Below are positions 9,196-24,100 of a stretch of 64,000 nucleotides of DNA, piece after piece; position 1 is the stretch's first letter, and the number at the start of each line of letters is the position of its first letter. The DNA is from a virus. The notes beneath the pieces are model-generated. The model searched no databases, was not told the origin of the DNA, and saw nothing but the letters and a program-made list of their open reading frames with translations. The translations under genes and the position numbers were made by a program. The DNA lies in IMG/VR virus record IMGVR_UViG_3300042888_000580, positions 1 to 64,000 of that record; one strand, written 5' to 3'.

Positions 9196-12100
9196 ATGGC
9201 AACAAGAATTAGAACATTAAATTTTCTACCTGAAATATTTAAAACAACTACCAATAGTCAATTTTTAAACGCAACGTTGGATCAGATAGTAGACCAACCA
9301 AATACTAAAAGAATTCAAGGTTACATTGGTAGTAGATTTGGGTATGGTGTTAATGCTAAAAATTATTACGTAACAGAACCTACAAAAACTAGAACAGATT
9401 ATCAATTAGATCCGGGTGTAGTATTTCTAAAAAAAGACACAAGCACTGCACAAGATTTTATAAGCTATCCAGGTATAATTGATGGATTAAAATTAGAAGG
9501 CGCATTGACAGGTGACAATAATAGATTGTTTACTAGTGAATTTTATTCATGGGACAGTTTTACAGACCTGGATAAGATTATTAACTTCAACCAATATTAT
9601 TGGATTCCTGAAGGACCCGAAGCCGTAACAGTTAGTACAGAAACTGTTTACAATGCTACAGATTATATTATCACAAGTACTCCAAATGGATATTTAGTAA
9701 CTGCTACTGGTCAATCACAAGGCTCTACTAACCCGTCACTTACATTATTGCGTGGCGGTACATATACATTTAATGTCAATCAAGCTAGTGAATTTTGGAT
9801 TCAAGGAATGCCGGGCATTACTGGGTATGACCCTAATCAGCCTAACGTACAGACACGTGATGTATTGGGTGTTGATAATAACGGTGCTGAAGTTGGCATA
9901 GTAACATTTACTGTTCCTTTTAAAACTGCACAAGATGAATATGAATTACCCGGCAACAATCGTGTTGATTTAGTAACTACATTATTGTATGCTAATGTTG
10001 ACGGGGTATTACTCAGTAGTTTGACAAATGGAATAGATGGTATCACCTCAATAGACGGTCTTACTTTAATGTTTTATAATAATGAAAATGAAACAACATT
10101 TTATACCATTACATATACCGGTGATATCACAGACCCCACAATAACGTTAGTTGCCGGTACTACAATTCCAGTTGAAGAAAACATTACAGCTAATTTTGGT
10201 ACAGAGTATATTGGTAGAACGTTCTACAGAACTACCGGCAGTGTAATTACTTTAATTCCTTATTTAAGTGCAATACTTGATACATTGTATTATCAAGATG
10301 GAACGTCAAGTAATAAAGTAGGACAAATTAGATTAATCTCTAGTAATACAACTAACCGTATTGATGTGCTTACTGATATTATAGGTCAAGCAAACTATAC
10401 ATCTCCAAATGGAGTAGTATTTACTAATGGATTAAAAGTAATATTATCAGGAGAAATATATCCTGTTAGCTATGAGAATATTAGATTTTATGTTGAGGGT
10501 GTGGGTACAGCAATAGAATTAATTCCAGTTACTGATTTTGTAGCCCCTGAACCGTTTACTCAGGGTACATATATACCGTTTGACACAACACCATATGATA
10601 TTGGAAACTTTGATGTTAACTTGTATATCCCTGTGTTACAAGATTATATTACTATTGCTAGAAACAGTATTGATAAAAACCCATGGTCAAGAAGTAACAG
10701 ATGGTTTCATATTGACGTAATTAATGCAACAGCTACCTATACTAATAATCCAGAATTAGCTACACTATATGCTACACCTGACAATAAAGCTAATCGTCCT
10801 ATTATTGAATTTTATCCTAATTTACGTTTGTTTGACGCAGGAGTTGTTGGCAAACCACCAATTGACTTTATTGATTTCAGAACAACTGATGCATTCAATG
10901 ATGTTACCGGTGTTGCCGGGCAAGAAAGTTATTACCCTGATGTAGAAGTATATACAGCATATACTGGATCAATTGTAGGTACTACAGGTACATCTACTAC
11001 TATTTCTATCTTATCCTCAGCCGTTACTGGCGCATTTCAAGTTGGTCAATATATAAATGATAGTACTAATGTGTTGCCAAGAAATAGTCAAATCACTGCT
11101 ATAACCGGAACAACTACATTAACCTTAACAGTATCTTGGGTTGGATCACAAACTATAGTATCAACTTCAAATGAATCATCATTCATTGCTAACGATATAC
11201 AAAACGATAGTTATTCAGTATTTGATGGAGCACGTATTGTGTTTGCAGCCGACACCACATTAAATGTAAGAAATAAAATATATGTCGTTAGATTTTCTAC
11301 ATTGGTGTTTGGAGACACTCCGGTAATTACATTAACAGAAGCAGAAGATGGACTGGTTTTAACAGATGAACAAACATTTGCATTTAGAGGTTATAACTAT
11401 CAAGGCATGGATTTTCACTTTGATGGTACTAATTGGCAAGAAAGTCAACAAAAAACTACAGTAAATCAACCACCATTATTTGATATACTTGACAATAATG
11501 GAATTAGTTTTGGTGATCGTGACATATATGTTGGTACGTCATTTGCCGGTAATAAATTATTTGCATACGGTATTGGTTCGGGCATAGATGATCCTGTACT
11601 AGGATTTCCATTAACGTATAGCTCTATTGATAATATAGGTGACATCAGTTTTGATGTGTCATTAAACTCAGAATCATTTAACTATGTAAGTGGAACTGTT
11701 CCTATTACACAAAAAGTTAATACAGGATATGTTTATAATTATAGTGATTTAACAACTTCAACAAGGCAATTGGGTTGGCAAACAGCAGTTGGGCCTAGCG
11801 TACAATATCAAATATTTGAATTTGATTATTTTGCCGCAAACCCTACCACAACATACACATGTGATATTGCTAAACTAGCTAACACCGATAGTCCATGGCC
11901 TACTATACAACTTTTTGTAAATAATAAAATACAATATTCAAGTGATTATACAGTAGAAACTACAGCTACACAAACTATAGTAACCTTTTCAGTACCTAAT
12001 CCAGAAATAGATACAGTAGTTGAAATATTGTTATTAAGCGATCAGGTAAGTGAAACAGCCTATTATAGTATACCTATTAATTTAAATAATAACCCACTGA

Positions 12101-15100
12101 ATGAAGATATTGTTTCTGTCAATGTAGGTGATATACGTGGTCAATATCAAAGTAGTTTTTATAATAATCCAAATACTACCGGTAATGTATTTGGTGCAAA
12201 TAATTACCGTGACTTGGGTAATATGGTTCCATATGGTAATAGAATTATTCAGAATAGTGCAAGTTTAGTATTACCCGGAGCATTCTTACGTAAACAAAAT
12301 CAGAATCTGTTCAATGCATTAATGTATAATGGTAGAGAATATATTACTTTCAAAACATTATTAGTTGACACAATTAATACGACAGATTTTACTGAACGGT
12401 TATCTCCTGCAACTATGTTAGATAATGCATTAGATGTAATTACTAGCGCAAAAACAGATAGTAATAGTTTCTTTTGGAGCGACATGTTGCCGTCAAAAGC
12501 GGCATACATTACTAACACGTATAGTTTTGCAAACGCATTGGATGTAAGTATATATCCATTAAGTAAAATATATAATTTTGCCACAGCTAATTATAATGGG
12601 GTATTGGTTTATTTAACTAATACATTAGGAATAATAACACAATTAATCAATGGAGTTGATTATACAATCAGTAGTGATAGCCCATCGTTAACAGTAACAT
12701 TGGATTTGGCTCCCGGTGATCAAATTACTATTAAAGAATATAATCAAACATACGGTAGTTATATTCCAAATACTCCTACTAAATTAGGTTTATATCCCTC
12801 AACGATACCTACAGTTATATTAGATACTGCATATTATCAACCTACATATTTTATTGTAGGGCATGATGGGTCATATAATAAATTATATGGTGATTACATT
12901 GACGGAGTATTAATTGATTTCAGAGATCAGGTATTACTTGAATTTGAAAAACGTATATATAACAACTTGAAATTAAGCAATGTTATTCCTATACAAGAAT
13001 ATGAAGTATTGCCTGGTTTCTTTAGAGATACTGATTATAGTTATGATGAAATATTACAGATTTACTCAACTAGTTTCTTAGATTGGGTTGGTCAAAATAG
13101 AATTAATTATAAAACTCAGTTTTATAGTGCTAATAACGAATTTACATACAATTATAATCAAAGTGGTAATAAAATAAACAGAGAAGTTATTCCTCAAGGA
13201 TATTGGAGAGGTGTATATGAATATTTCTATGATACTAGTACGCCGGATACTAGTCCATGGGAAATGCTTGGCTTTACAGATCAACCAACATGGTGGGAAA
13301 CACGATATGGCCCTTCTCCATACACAAGCGATAACTTAGTATTGTGGAATGATTTAGCACAAGGTATTGATTGGAATAATGGTAATCCAGTTGTCATACC
13401 ACAAGCAATTCGTCCTGAATTATTACAAGTATTACCAGTTGACAGTGAAGGTAATATAGTATCACCTTTTGTTTCTATTGTCGGTAACTATAGTAACACA
13501 TCATTCAACCGTGATTGGATAGTAGGAGATGTTGGGCCTGCAGAGTTCTCATATCGTAGAAGTAGTTCATGGCCGTTTGATTTAATGCGTATATTAGCAT
13601 TGACAAAACCTGCAGAATTCTTTAATTTAGGAGTTGACATTGACAACTATAAATTTAATGAAGAATTTAATCAATATCTAGTTAATGACCGTAGTCATTT
13701 AGTTATAAGCGATGTAGAGATTTATGGTAATGGCACTGCTAAAACAAGTTATATCAATTGGATTGTTGACTTTGAAAAACAAGTGGGCATTGATGCAACC
13801 ACTAACATTACTGATTTGCTATACAATGTTGATGTTAGATTAGTATACAGACTTGCTGGCTTTAGTGATAAAAATTTATTAAGATTCTACGTTGAAAAAT
13901 CAACAGCTAATAGTAACAATAGTAGTTTATTGATACCTGATGAAAGCTATCAAGTATTGTTATATGATAATCAACCATTTGATAAAATTGTTTATAGTGG
14001 TGTGGTTGTCCAATTAACAAATACTGGTTACAAAGTATATGGTAATAGTCAGACCAATGCGTATTTTAAAATATTAGCACCTAAAATTAATGGTAACTAT
14101 GAAAGAGTATCAGTTCAGGGATTAAGTGTACAATTAGCTAGAGACTATTACACTACACCGGAGGTAGTAGCATACGGAACTGAATTTATTACAGTACAAC
14201 AAGTATCACAATTTTTAGAAGGTTATGGAAGATATTTGGCTAGCCAAGGTGTATTGTTTGACCAAATTGAATCTGGCTTGACAGTTAGCTGGAGACAAAT
14301 GGTAGCTGAATACTTATATTGGGCTCAATCTGGGTGGGAAGTAGGAAGTATTGTTAATATTAATCCGGCATCTAATTTAATTTCTATTAACAAAGATAGT
14401 TATATTGTACAACCACTAACACTACAAAGACAAAACTTTATATTAAATCAAAACTTATATCCAATACAAAGTACTGACTTAAGCGTAATTCGTGATGGAA
14501 CATTGTTTACAGCACAACCATTAAATCAAGGTGATACAGTTGCTTATGGACAATTTAACATTAGTAATTTTGAACATGGTATCGTATTTGATAACGTTAC
14601 TGTATTTGATGATGTAATTTATAACTTAATTACAGGTTTACGTCAAAATCGTATCACATTGCGTGGAGCTAAAACAGCCGAGTGGAATGGTACAATTGAT
14701 GCTCAAGGCTTTGTCTTGAATCAAGATAATGTACTTGATTGGGATAAAACAGTAAAATATACAACCGGTAGTATTGTTAAGTATAAAAACAAATATTGGA
14801 TAGCTCTCACTATTATTCAACCTAAGGAATTATTTGAAGAACGTGAGTGGAAAGAAACTGATTATAACGAAATACAAAAAGGACTATTGCCAAACACAAG
14901 TACACGTTCTTATGAAAGTACAATATACTATGATGTAAATCGTGCTAACTTAGAAAATGATGCCGATCTATTAAGCTTCAGTTTGATTGGATATCGTCCA
15001 CGTGATTATTTGGCACTAGTTGATCTAACTGATATTACACAAATTAACGTTTATAAAAACTTTATTAAGAATAAAGGAACATTAAACGCAGCCAGCGCAT

Positions 15101-18100
15101 TCAAGGGCGCTAACTTACCACAAGGTGGTATTAATTATGATATATATGAAAACTGGGCTATTAAATCAGGTGAGTTTGGTGGTGTACTAAACAGCAATTT
15201 TATTGACTTCAAATTAAATCAAAACTTATTAACCGGTAATCCTAGCATCGTTGGATTAACTAATGGGATAACTACTGCCGGAGTACAACAAGAAGTACCG
15301 TTATATAGTTTATATAATTATGGACGCCCGGTAACTAGTACAGATGTATTGCCGTTATTACCAACAGATACGCCTTCGACATTATTTCCGTATGCAGGCT
15401 ATGCTAACTTTAATGATATGCGTATTGCGGCATATTACTATTTTAACTTAGCAAACAGTACATCACCTAGAGGTGTACTAACACCTTTATCAGAGTTATA
15501 TGTAGGTCAGTATGTTTGGATAGCTGATTATCAAGGTACTTGGCAAGTAATGACACCTGCAAGTTTAGGAGCTGTTGTATTTGCTAAAAATAACTTAAAT
15601 GGTACTGCGACAATAACATTTAATAATCCACATGGATTGACAAAATATCAACCATTTGCAATTGTAAACTTTAATGATAGCTTGAATGGTTATTATATAG
15701 TTAATACTGTAATTGATCTCAATAGTGTTTTAGTCAATGTAACATTGGCACCGTCAATTACTATTGTAACTGGTCAAGGTATTGGATTTAGATTCCAATC
15801 ACAACGTGTTGATAATCCTAGTGATATCATTGATTTGCCTTTATTGAATACAGAATTTGTTAAGAATAAAGTTTGGGTAGATACAAATAATGATGGTGAT
15901 TGGGCTGTATATCGTAAGAGTATAAATTATACGTATGATTCTGAATTAGTAAAAGATGGATCAGAATCATTTGGTAGTGCAGTTGCATATACCGATACAT
16001 TAGGTTATTTAATTGGTGATGCAGATGCTGGAGTAACATATCGCTATTCTTTTAATGTATTGTTTGATAGATATGATTTGAAGCAAACATTAACCGGTGT
16101 TGCATCGTTTGGTACAACAATTACATATGCCAATGACATATTTGTGGTGTCACAACCTACAGGTACACCTGAAGTTTATGTTTATCAATTAGTAGTTAAT
16201 ACTACTGTAGATGAATTACAATCATTGCAATCTGCTATATCAGCACCAGGCGGTGTAACTGAGTGGGGTAGAGCTATTGCTATATCTGGAGATACTAATT
16301 GGTTATACATATCAGCGGTAACATCCTCTACTAGCCTAGTATATGTTTATCGTTATTCAACTGTCACAGAAGAATATGAACAATCTGCTACTATTGATTT
16401 GGGATTAACTAATGCTGATAACTTTGGATACTCATTGTCAACAGATTACTATGGTGATACTGTTATAATTGGAACACCAGATCAAAATTACGATGGTTCT
16501 ACTGAAAATTGGGGTTACACTTATGTATATGATAGAACAGTTCAAAATTTTGAAGCACAATATACAAGTATAACTTATGTACCACAACCGTTTACATTAG
16601 CTTGGACACCTAGTACAACTTCAATAACTGTTACTGCAAGTGATGCAACGTTAGATCGATTTACATGTGCTAGTAGTTCTAGTCTTGTTATAGGTGACCC
16701 AATCACATTTACTGGTACTGTGTTTGGCGGCATAGCACTGAACACTGTTTATTATGTATTAGCTAAACCTTCAGGAACTACTTTTACTATATCTACTACA
16801 CGTGGCGGATCAACATTGCAATTAAATAACGGTAGTGGGTCAATGACCGCAACTCAACAAGATACACCATTGTACGTATCAGTTAATGGAACTTTAATTG
16901 ATGATTCAACATATTTTAATATAGGTTCTACTATTACTATAGTACAAGGATTAAACGCAGGTGATATAATCACGGTAAGTAGTAATAACTTTGTGTTAGC
17001 CCAAACCCTCACAACTGAGAACACACCTAGAATTGGCGTACAGTTTGGTACTAGTGTAGATACTAACACATATGCTACTGAAATATTAGTTGGCGCCCCT
17101 TTTGAATTAAACAGTCAAAATCAAGAAGGTGTTGTATATCGTTATACTAACGGCGGTGGTAAGTACGGTATGATTATAGGTACTACTGCTACTAACATTA
17201 CAACCACTAGAACTATTTTAGTTAATGGTTATATGGTTGTATTAACCGCCGGCAATGCAACAGTAGTTGCTACTGCAATTAATCAAGCAAACATTACAAA
17301 TCTACAAGCTACCGCAGTCGATGGCAAATTAATTATTAGTTTATTAGATAATGCGTTAGCGTCACCAAACGATAAGCTTAATGTTACTGTATTAGATACA
17401 GCTACATGGTCTGAATTAGGATTTAGTACCTATACTCAAACACAAGTAATTACTGATCCTCATGTTCAAGGCACAACTCAATTTGGTAATGTGGTTAAAT
17501 TTAATGAATTTAATTCGTTTGTTGTAAGTGCACCAACTGCTACACGATATCAAGCAACAACATTTGATTCTACCGATGATGAAGATTATGATAACGATAC
17601 ATTATTTGATAATAATACTACACAATGGATAGACACGTATGCAAATGCAGGTGCAGTTTATATGTTTGATTATCTATCGGTTTATAATGAATCATTAATA
17701 AATTGTGGTAATTTTGTATATGCACAAAGTACCAATGATATTAATGAAATATATGGTAGTCAACCAATGTACGGTCATGCAGTAGAATTTAATGCTTCAC
17801 GTGTAGTTATTGGCACTCCAAACTTTAAGCCAGACACTGTTGCAGGACAGATTATAACATATTTCAATTCTATTGGAGCTCCTGATTGGAGCGTATATAG
17901 AAGTTCAAGCCCAATAGTTGATATTAATAGAATTCAAAACATACAATTGTATAGTGCAATCACCAACGACACACTAGATAATTTAGATTACATTGATCCG
18001 TTGCAAGGTAAAATATTAGGGTCAGTTAGAGAAAATATTGATGTAGTATCTAATGTTGATCCAGCTGGATATAACAGTCCTAATAATACTCAAGGGTCAA

Positions 18101-21100
18101 TGGTATGGGGCTCATCACAGGTTGGGCAAATATGGTTTAATACAAGCACAACACGATTTGTAAACTATCATCAAAATGATATTGTATATAATAGTAAATG
18201 GTGGGGACAAATCTTTCCGGGTAGCGATGTAACGGTTTATAGTTGGATAACAAGTAATACTCTTCCGATATCATATGCAGGTCCGGGTACGCCATATAAT
18301 GTTGACACTTATTCAATTGAATATACCTTAAATGCAACTGGTGTACTAACTCCTGTATACTTCTATTGGGTAAGAAATACTAATATTATATTCACCCTGC
18401 GTGGTAAAACATTAGCAGATAGTATTATTCAATCGTATATTGCATCACCTATTAATTCTGGTATAAGTTATTTTGTTCCTTTAGAACAAGACATATTTGC
18501 TTTATATAATTGTGCTAATAACATCAATGCCAATGATACAGTATTACATATTGGTTATTCTACTGGAACAAATGATGATGTATCACATAGTTTATACAAT
18601 TTAATTCGTACTAATTATGCGGATGATTTCTTACCTGGATTACCTACTACCAATGGAGCTGATGTTCCTGAATCATTATATGATAGGATGTTAGATAGTT
18701 TATGCGGTGTGGATGAATCTGGTGCAGTAGTTCCTGATCCATTCTTACCTAAACCAGTACAATATGGTATATATGCAAGACCAAGACAAAGTTTCTTTGT
18801 CGATAGATTACTTGCATTGAAAAATTATTTAACATATGCTAATGAAATATTATCACAATACCCTATAAGTGAAACACGTAGGTCATTATTCTTATTCACT
18901 GAAGGTGCAACTAATCCGTCGACAGTAGATAATCCTAATTGGTCAGGTAGTGTATTACCATTTTATGCCACACCTGATTATTGGTATTATATTAATTGGT
19001 GGGCAACTGGATATGATGATAATACTAAATCAGCATTACAAGTTCCTATATATGCTGACTTAGCAACAATAAATGCCACAGCTGGTTTAATTGTTACTGT
19101 TGCGGCAAACGGAGATGGAAAATCAGAAACATATGTATATACTAATTTAAATACATGGGACCGTATTGGATTACAAGATGGTACGATTGAGTTTAGTAGT
19201 AATTTATGGGATTATGCTACAGCCAGATTAGGATTTGGAGATAATTTCTTTGATACTACACCATATGATACATATCCATCACAAGAAACACGTAGCATAG
19301 TTAGAGCATTGAATGAAGAAATTTATACCAATGAATTGTTAATCTTCAGAAATAAAAGTTTAATTCTATTATTTGAATTCATTCAAAGTGAAACAATTGA
19401 ATCACAAAATTATTTACCATGGTTAAATAAAACATCATTTATGGATGTTGGGCATACTATACGTGAATTATTACCGTTAGAAGTATTTCAATCTGATAAT
19501 CAAGACTTTTTAGCTGGTTATATCAATGAAGTTAAACCGTATCACGTAGTTATTAAAGAGTTCTTATTTAAGTATACTGGTTCTGATTTATACGCAGGAA
19601 CAATAACTGATTTTGATTTGCCCGCACAATATAATACAGATATTCAACAGTTTATTACTCCTGAATTAGTATATTCTAATCCAAGTGGTGCAAATCAATA
19701 TTTACCAAGTGATCCTATATGGGAAACTGCTCCGTATAGTGAATGGTTTAATAATTATGGATTAGGTATTACTGGTGTTGATGATTATCAGATAACAGTA
19801 TTAGCATCATATGTTTCATTAAATTCGCCGGCTATGGCAGTGGATAATGCATATGGCTTTCCAATCAATGGAACAATATTAATTGGTGATGAATTAATTG
19901 GTTATTCTAATGTTAATCGTTCTAATAATACACTTAGTGGATTAACTCGAGGTGTGAATGGTACACCAGTAACAGTACATATTCCGGGTGAAATAATTAC
20001 AATAAATTTACCTGCTATATTAGTATTAAACGGTGGTCGTGGTTATGCTGAACCTCCTAGAGTAGTTGCATATATTGATACTACTATATACCCGGAACCA
20101 AGACGTGTGGCAGTATTGCAAGTGGTAATGAATTTAGATTCAATATTGCGTGTAGATGTAATTGATCCGGGAGACGGATATGCAGTATTGCCTGAAATTA
20201 TAATTGACCCATCTGTTTCAGTAACATTTACTTCAGATGATGTTAATTTGTTATCAAATACAATATCATTACCTTCACCATTATTACAGACAGGTGATTT
20301 GATAACATACACTATAGGTACAAGTACAACTCCTGTAGGTGGATTAGATGTTGACCAGTACTACTATGTAAATGTCTTAGAATCTACGCCAACATTTGTT
20401 GTTGCTTTATATACTACTTACAGAGATGCTATTAACGATAGTGATCGTGTAATATTATTTGATACTGGTTTGGGTGTTAATAATGTATTAAATGTTAGTG
20501 CAAGAGCAAGTTGTGTATCAACTTCTTTACCAATAAGAGAGAATCAAATAACATTACGTTTTGACAGAACAACATACAATTCAGAATTAACTGATTGGGT
20601 TGGCGGAGCATTTTATGGAAGTTTCTATGCTGGATTGTATAATAATTCAGAAAGAATAGCTAGTTCAAGTATTGGATTACAGTCAACACAACCTGACATT
20701 GACACTATATTAGCCAGTGCGGCAGGCGCAGTTTTTGAAATTGAAGATGTTACTAACGTTGAAGTTATAATTTGGAGTTCACGTACAAGAATTGTATCAG
20801 CCATTAATACTAGTACTAATGTAATAACAATAACTGCCTCTGATGGCGGAGCATCACTTATTAATAGTGATTCAATAACTAACCCTACAATAGGTTTTTA
20901 TATTGGCATGCCAATTAAATTTATAGGGGCAGTGACCGGTAACATAACAGTAGAAACTACCTATTATATTAAATCGTTAGTTGACGGAAATAAGTTTACA
21001 CTATCTGCTTCAATATCAAGTGGAGTGCCCGGGGCAGTATTGTCAATGGCGGGTACAATATTGGGATCAGCTGGCTTAACTGGATACGTAGGTGAAGTTA

Positions 21101-24100
21101 CTAATACAGCGGTTGTTACTATATTCTATCCAGGCATATTAACAGCAACTGCTACTAGTAGTATAACTAATGGAATATCAGTACCGTTAACAGGTAGTGG
21201 CTTGGGCGGAACTACTGGATTCTACACAAATCTACCAGTATTTTTTGTAGGTACTGTATTTGGTGGTGTCATTGAAAATGAGAGATATTATGTTACTACT
21301 GTAATAGACGATGAAACATTTACTATGTCTACAACAGAAGATCCTGTAATGGTTAGTGTTACAAATACTACAGCTAGTACGGATTATATTACGTGTGATG
21401 ATGCAACTGGTTTATCATTCAATGACCCTATTATATTTAATAGCATGAGTGTTAGTGGATCTGCTGTATCAACATTTGGTAATATAGCAGACGGGACCAT
21501 TTATTATGTAAGTGCTATAATTAATGATACTAATTTTCAAATATCTACTGTACCAAATGGTGGAACATTTGGCCTAGCTGATCAGGCTGCGGGTACAGGT
21601 ACAGGATGTACAGGTACAAATCAAAAAGATATAGTACAATTAACAACTGCTACTGGATCAATGACATGCAATGTTGGATTACCGGTTAGCCCGGGACAAG
21701 TTACTGGCCAAGAATTTACATTCTATCCAACATCAGCAACTACTGTATCTTCTCCTGCATTCACTCAAGGAAATTTAATTACCAGAACTATTAAGAATGC
21801 ATTAGCTGACGGAGATTATCTATCACTAGAATCTGAAACCGGTGGTACAACTAACATGTATGTAAATATGCCAGTTAGAGTAGCCGCATCATACGGTGGA
21901 TTAAGTACTGGAACAACTTATTATGTTGTAAATATAGGAACAGTAACTACTGAAGTAATTCAAACTACATCAGCAAATGTATTAATTTCTACTGGCACCG
22001 CTGGATTTTACGTTGATATGCCTATAACCTTTACAGGGTCTACATTGGGCGGAACTATTGAAAACACATTATATTTTGTCAAAACTGTAAATGTTAATGG
22101 AACTGATTTTACTATCACAGACTCACAGGGTGGCGCAACACTTGCCTTGAGTAACGATACAGGATCAATGACAGTAACCGGTGCACCTTACATCAAGGTA
22201 TCAGCAACTTTGGGAGGTGGTGTCCTTGCATTATCAAATGCATCAACAAGCACAACCTTAACACAATATCCAACATCAAGTCCGTCATTTGATGTAAGTT
22301 GGATATTAGGTGGGTATAGTGTTGACATTACTGGCGCAGGTGCCGGATATGCAATTAACAATACCTTTACTGTATTAGGAACAGCATTGGGTGGCACAAC
22401 TCCTACAAATAATTTAGTAATGACAGTTAATACTATTGGAACTAATGGACAAGTAACATCATTAATTAATTCAGGTACTCCTCCTGAAATTGTTGAACAA
22501 TATTACTTAAAAGTAATATCAACAACAGAGTGCGAGGTATATAGTGATTCACAATTACAAATACCAGTAACTGGAATAAACTTCCCGTTCACTGCAGGTG
22601 ATTATGCATTATTACCAGAACCGTTCTACTTTAATCAAAGTATTGTTAAGTATAATAACAGAGTTTACCAATGTATTATCAGTAACAATGACACAGAGTT
22701 TATATTTGGTAAATGGGAAGAATTGCGTAGTGATAGTAGAAAATTAAACGCACTAGATAGAATTGTAGGTTATTATCAACCAACTATTAATATGCCAGGA
22801 CTAGACTTGACACAACTAGTAGATGGTATTATCTATCCTAATAGTACATACAAAGATAATGCATTCCCTCCTTCAGAAGAATATACATTAGATACTATCT
22901 TACAGGATCAATTGTTTAGTCCAACTGAAGTAGATGTTACCTCTATATTATGGAACGGTACTACATATTTTGCCCCTGCTAATTCTCCAACATACTCAGA
23001 TATTACTTATAGTACTACTGGTACTACTTGGCTATCTAATAAAGTAGCAGGTCAACCAATAGCATTAACTGATATAGTGTATGCAAACTCAAAATATGTT
23101 ATGAGTTCACAAAATAACGTAACTCCTATATTAGTAAGCATTGATGGAATAGTTTGGACTACTGCAGGATTAGAAAGTGGATCAGTTTCAATAGATAACA
23201 CTAGTCTAAATAGTGTTGCGTATTTTAATGGTATCTATGTTGCTGTTGGTGATAATATTGTATCTAGTGGTGACGCTTATATATGGTTAGAAAGATATCG
23301 TTTCACTGATATGGTTTTATACGGAGTATCTGCAATAACTATTAATAATTTTGATGGCTTTATTGCTGTTGGAGTTGGCCCTGATTATAGTGTTATCCCT
23401 ACAATAACACAAAGTGTTATATTAAAAAGTTTAGACGGAATATTATGGACAAATATTACACCATCTGCATCAGCCGAAACATTATATGGTGCATCTAGTG
23501 GTAATAATACTATTGTAGTTGTTGGAAATAACGGAGCTATCTTTACAAGTATTAACGGCAGTAACTGGAATGATATTAGCACCGGGTCTGCAAACCTAAG
23601 AGATATTGTATATTCCGATAGTCTTGGACTATTTGTTATCGTTGGCGAAAGTGGATTTATTGGAACATACGACGGTAGCACATTTTCAGTAGAAACATCA
23701 GGTACTACTGAAAATCTAAATAGCGTAATATGGAATAGTGATTTAAGTGAATTTATTGTTACAGGTAATAATAATGTTATACTTAAAAGTATAAATGGTA
23801 TTGATTGGACAATTAGCAACATATTTGTTACTGACCCCACAGTATATGATGTTCAAGGAGATGCATTTACATCAGGATATGGTCCTGAAGAATTAGTACC
23901 TGGAGTAGTAACTGATAATTTAACAATGGTTGTTACTACTCGCCCGGGAACAAATTGGGATGTAGCGACTTATCAACACGTCGGATATAATGTAGTATCT
24001 ACGACACTAACTCCGATTACTAATGGTCAATTAATCTTTAGTTTTGATGGATTAGTTTTAATACCAGCACAGTTATCTGTATTTCAAATTGACGGAACAA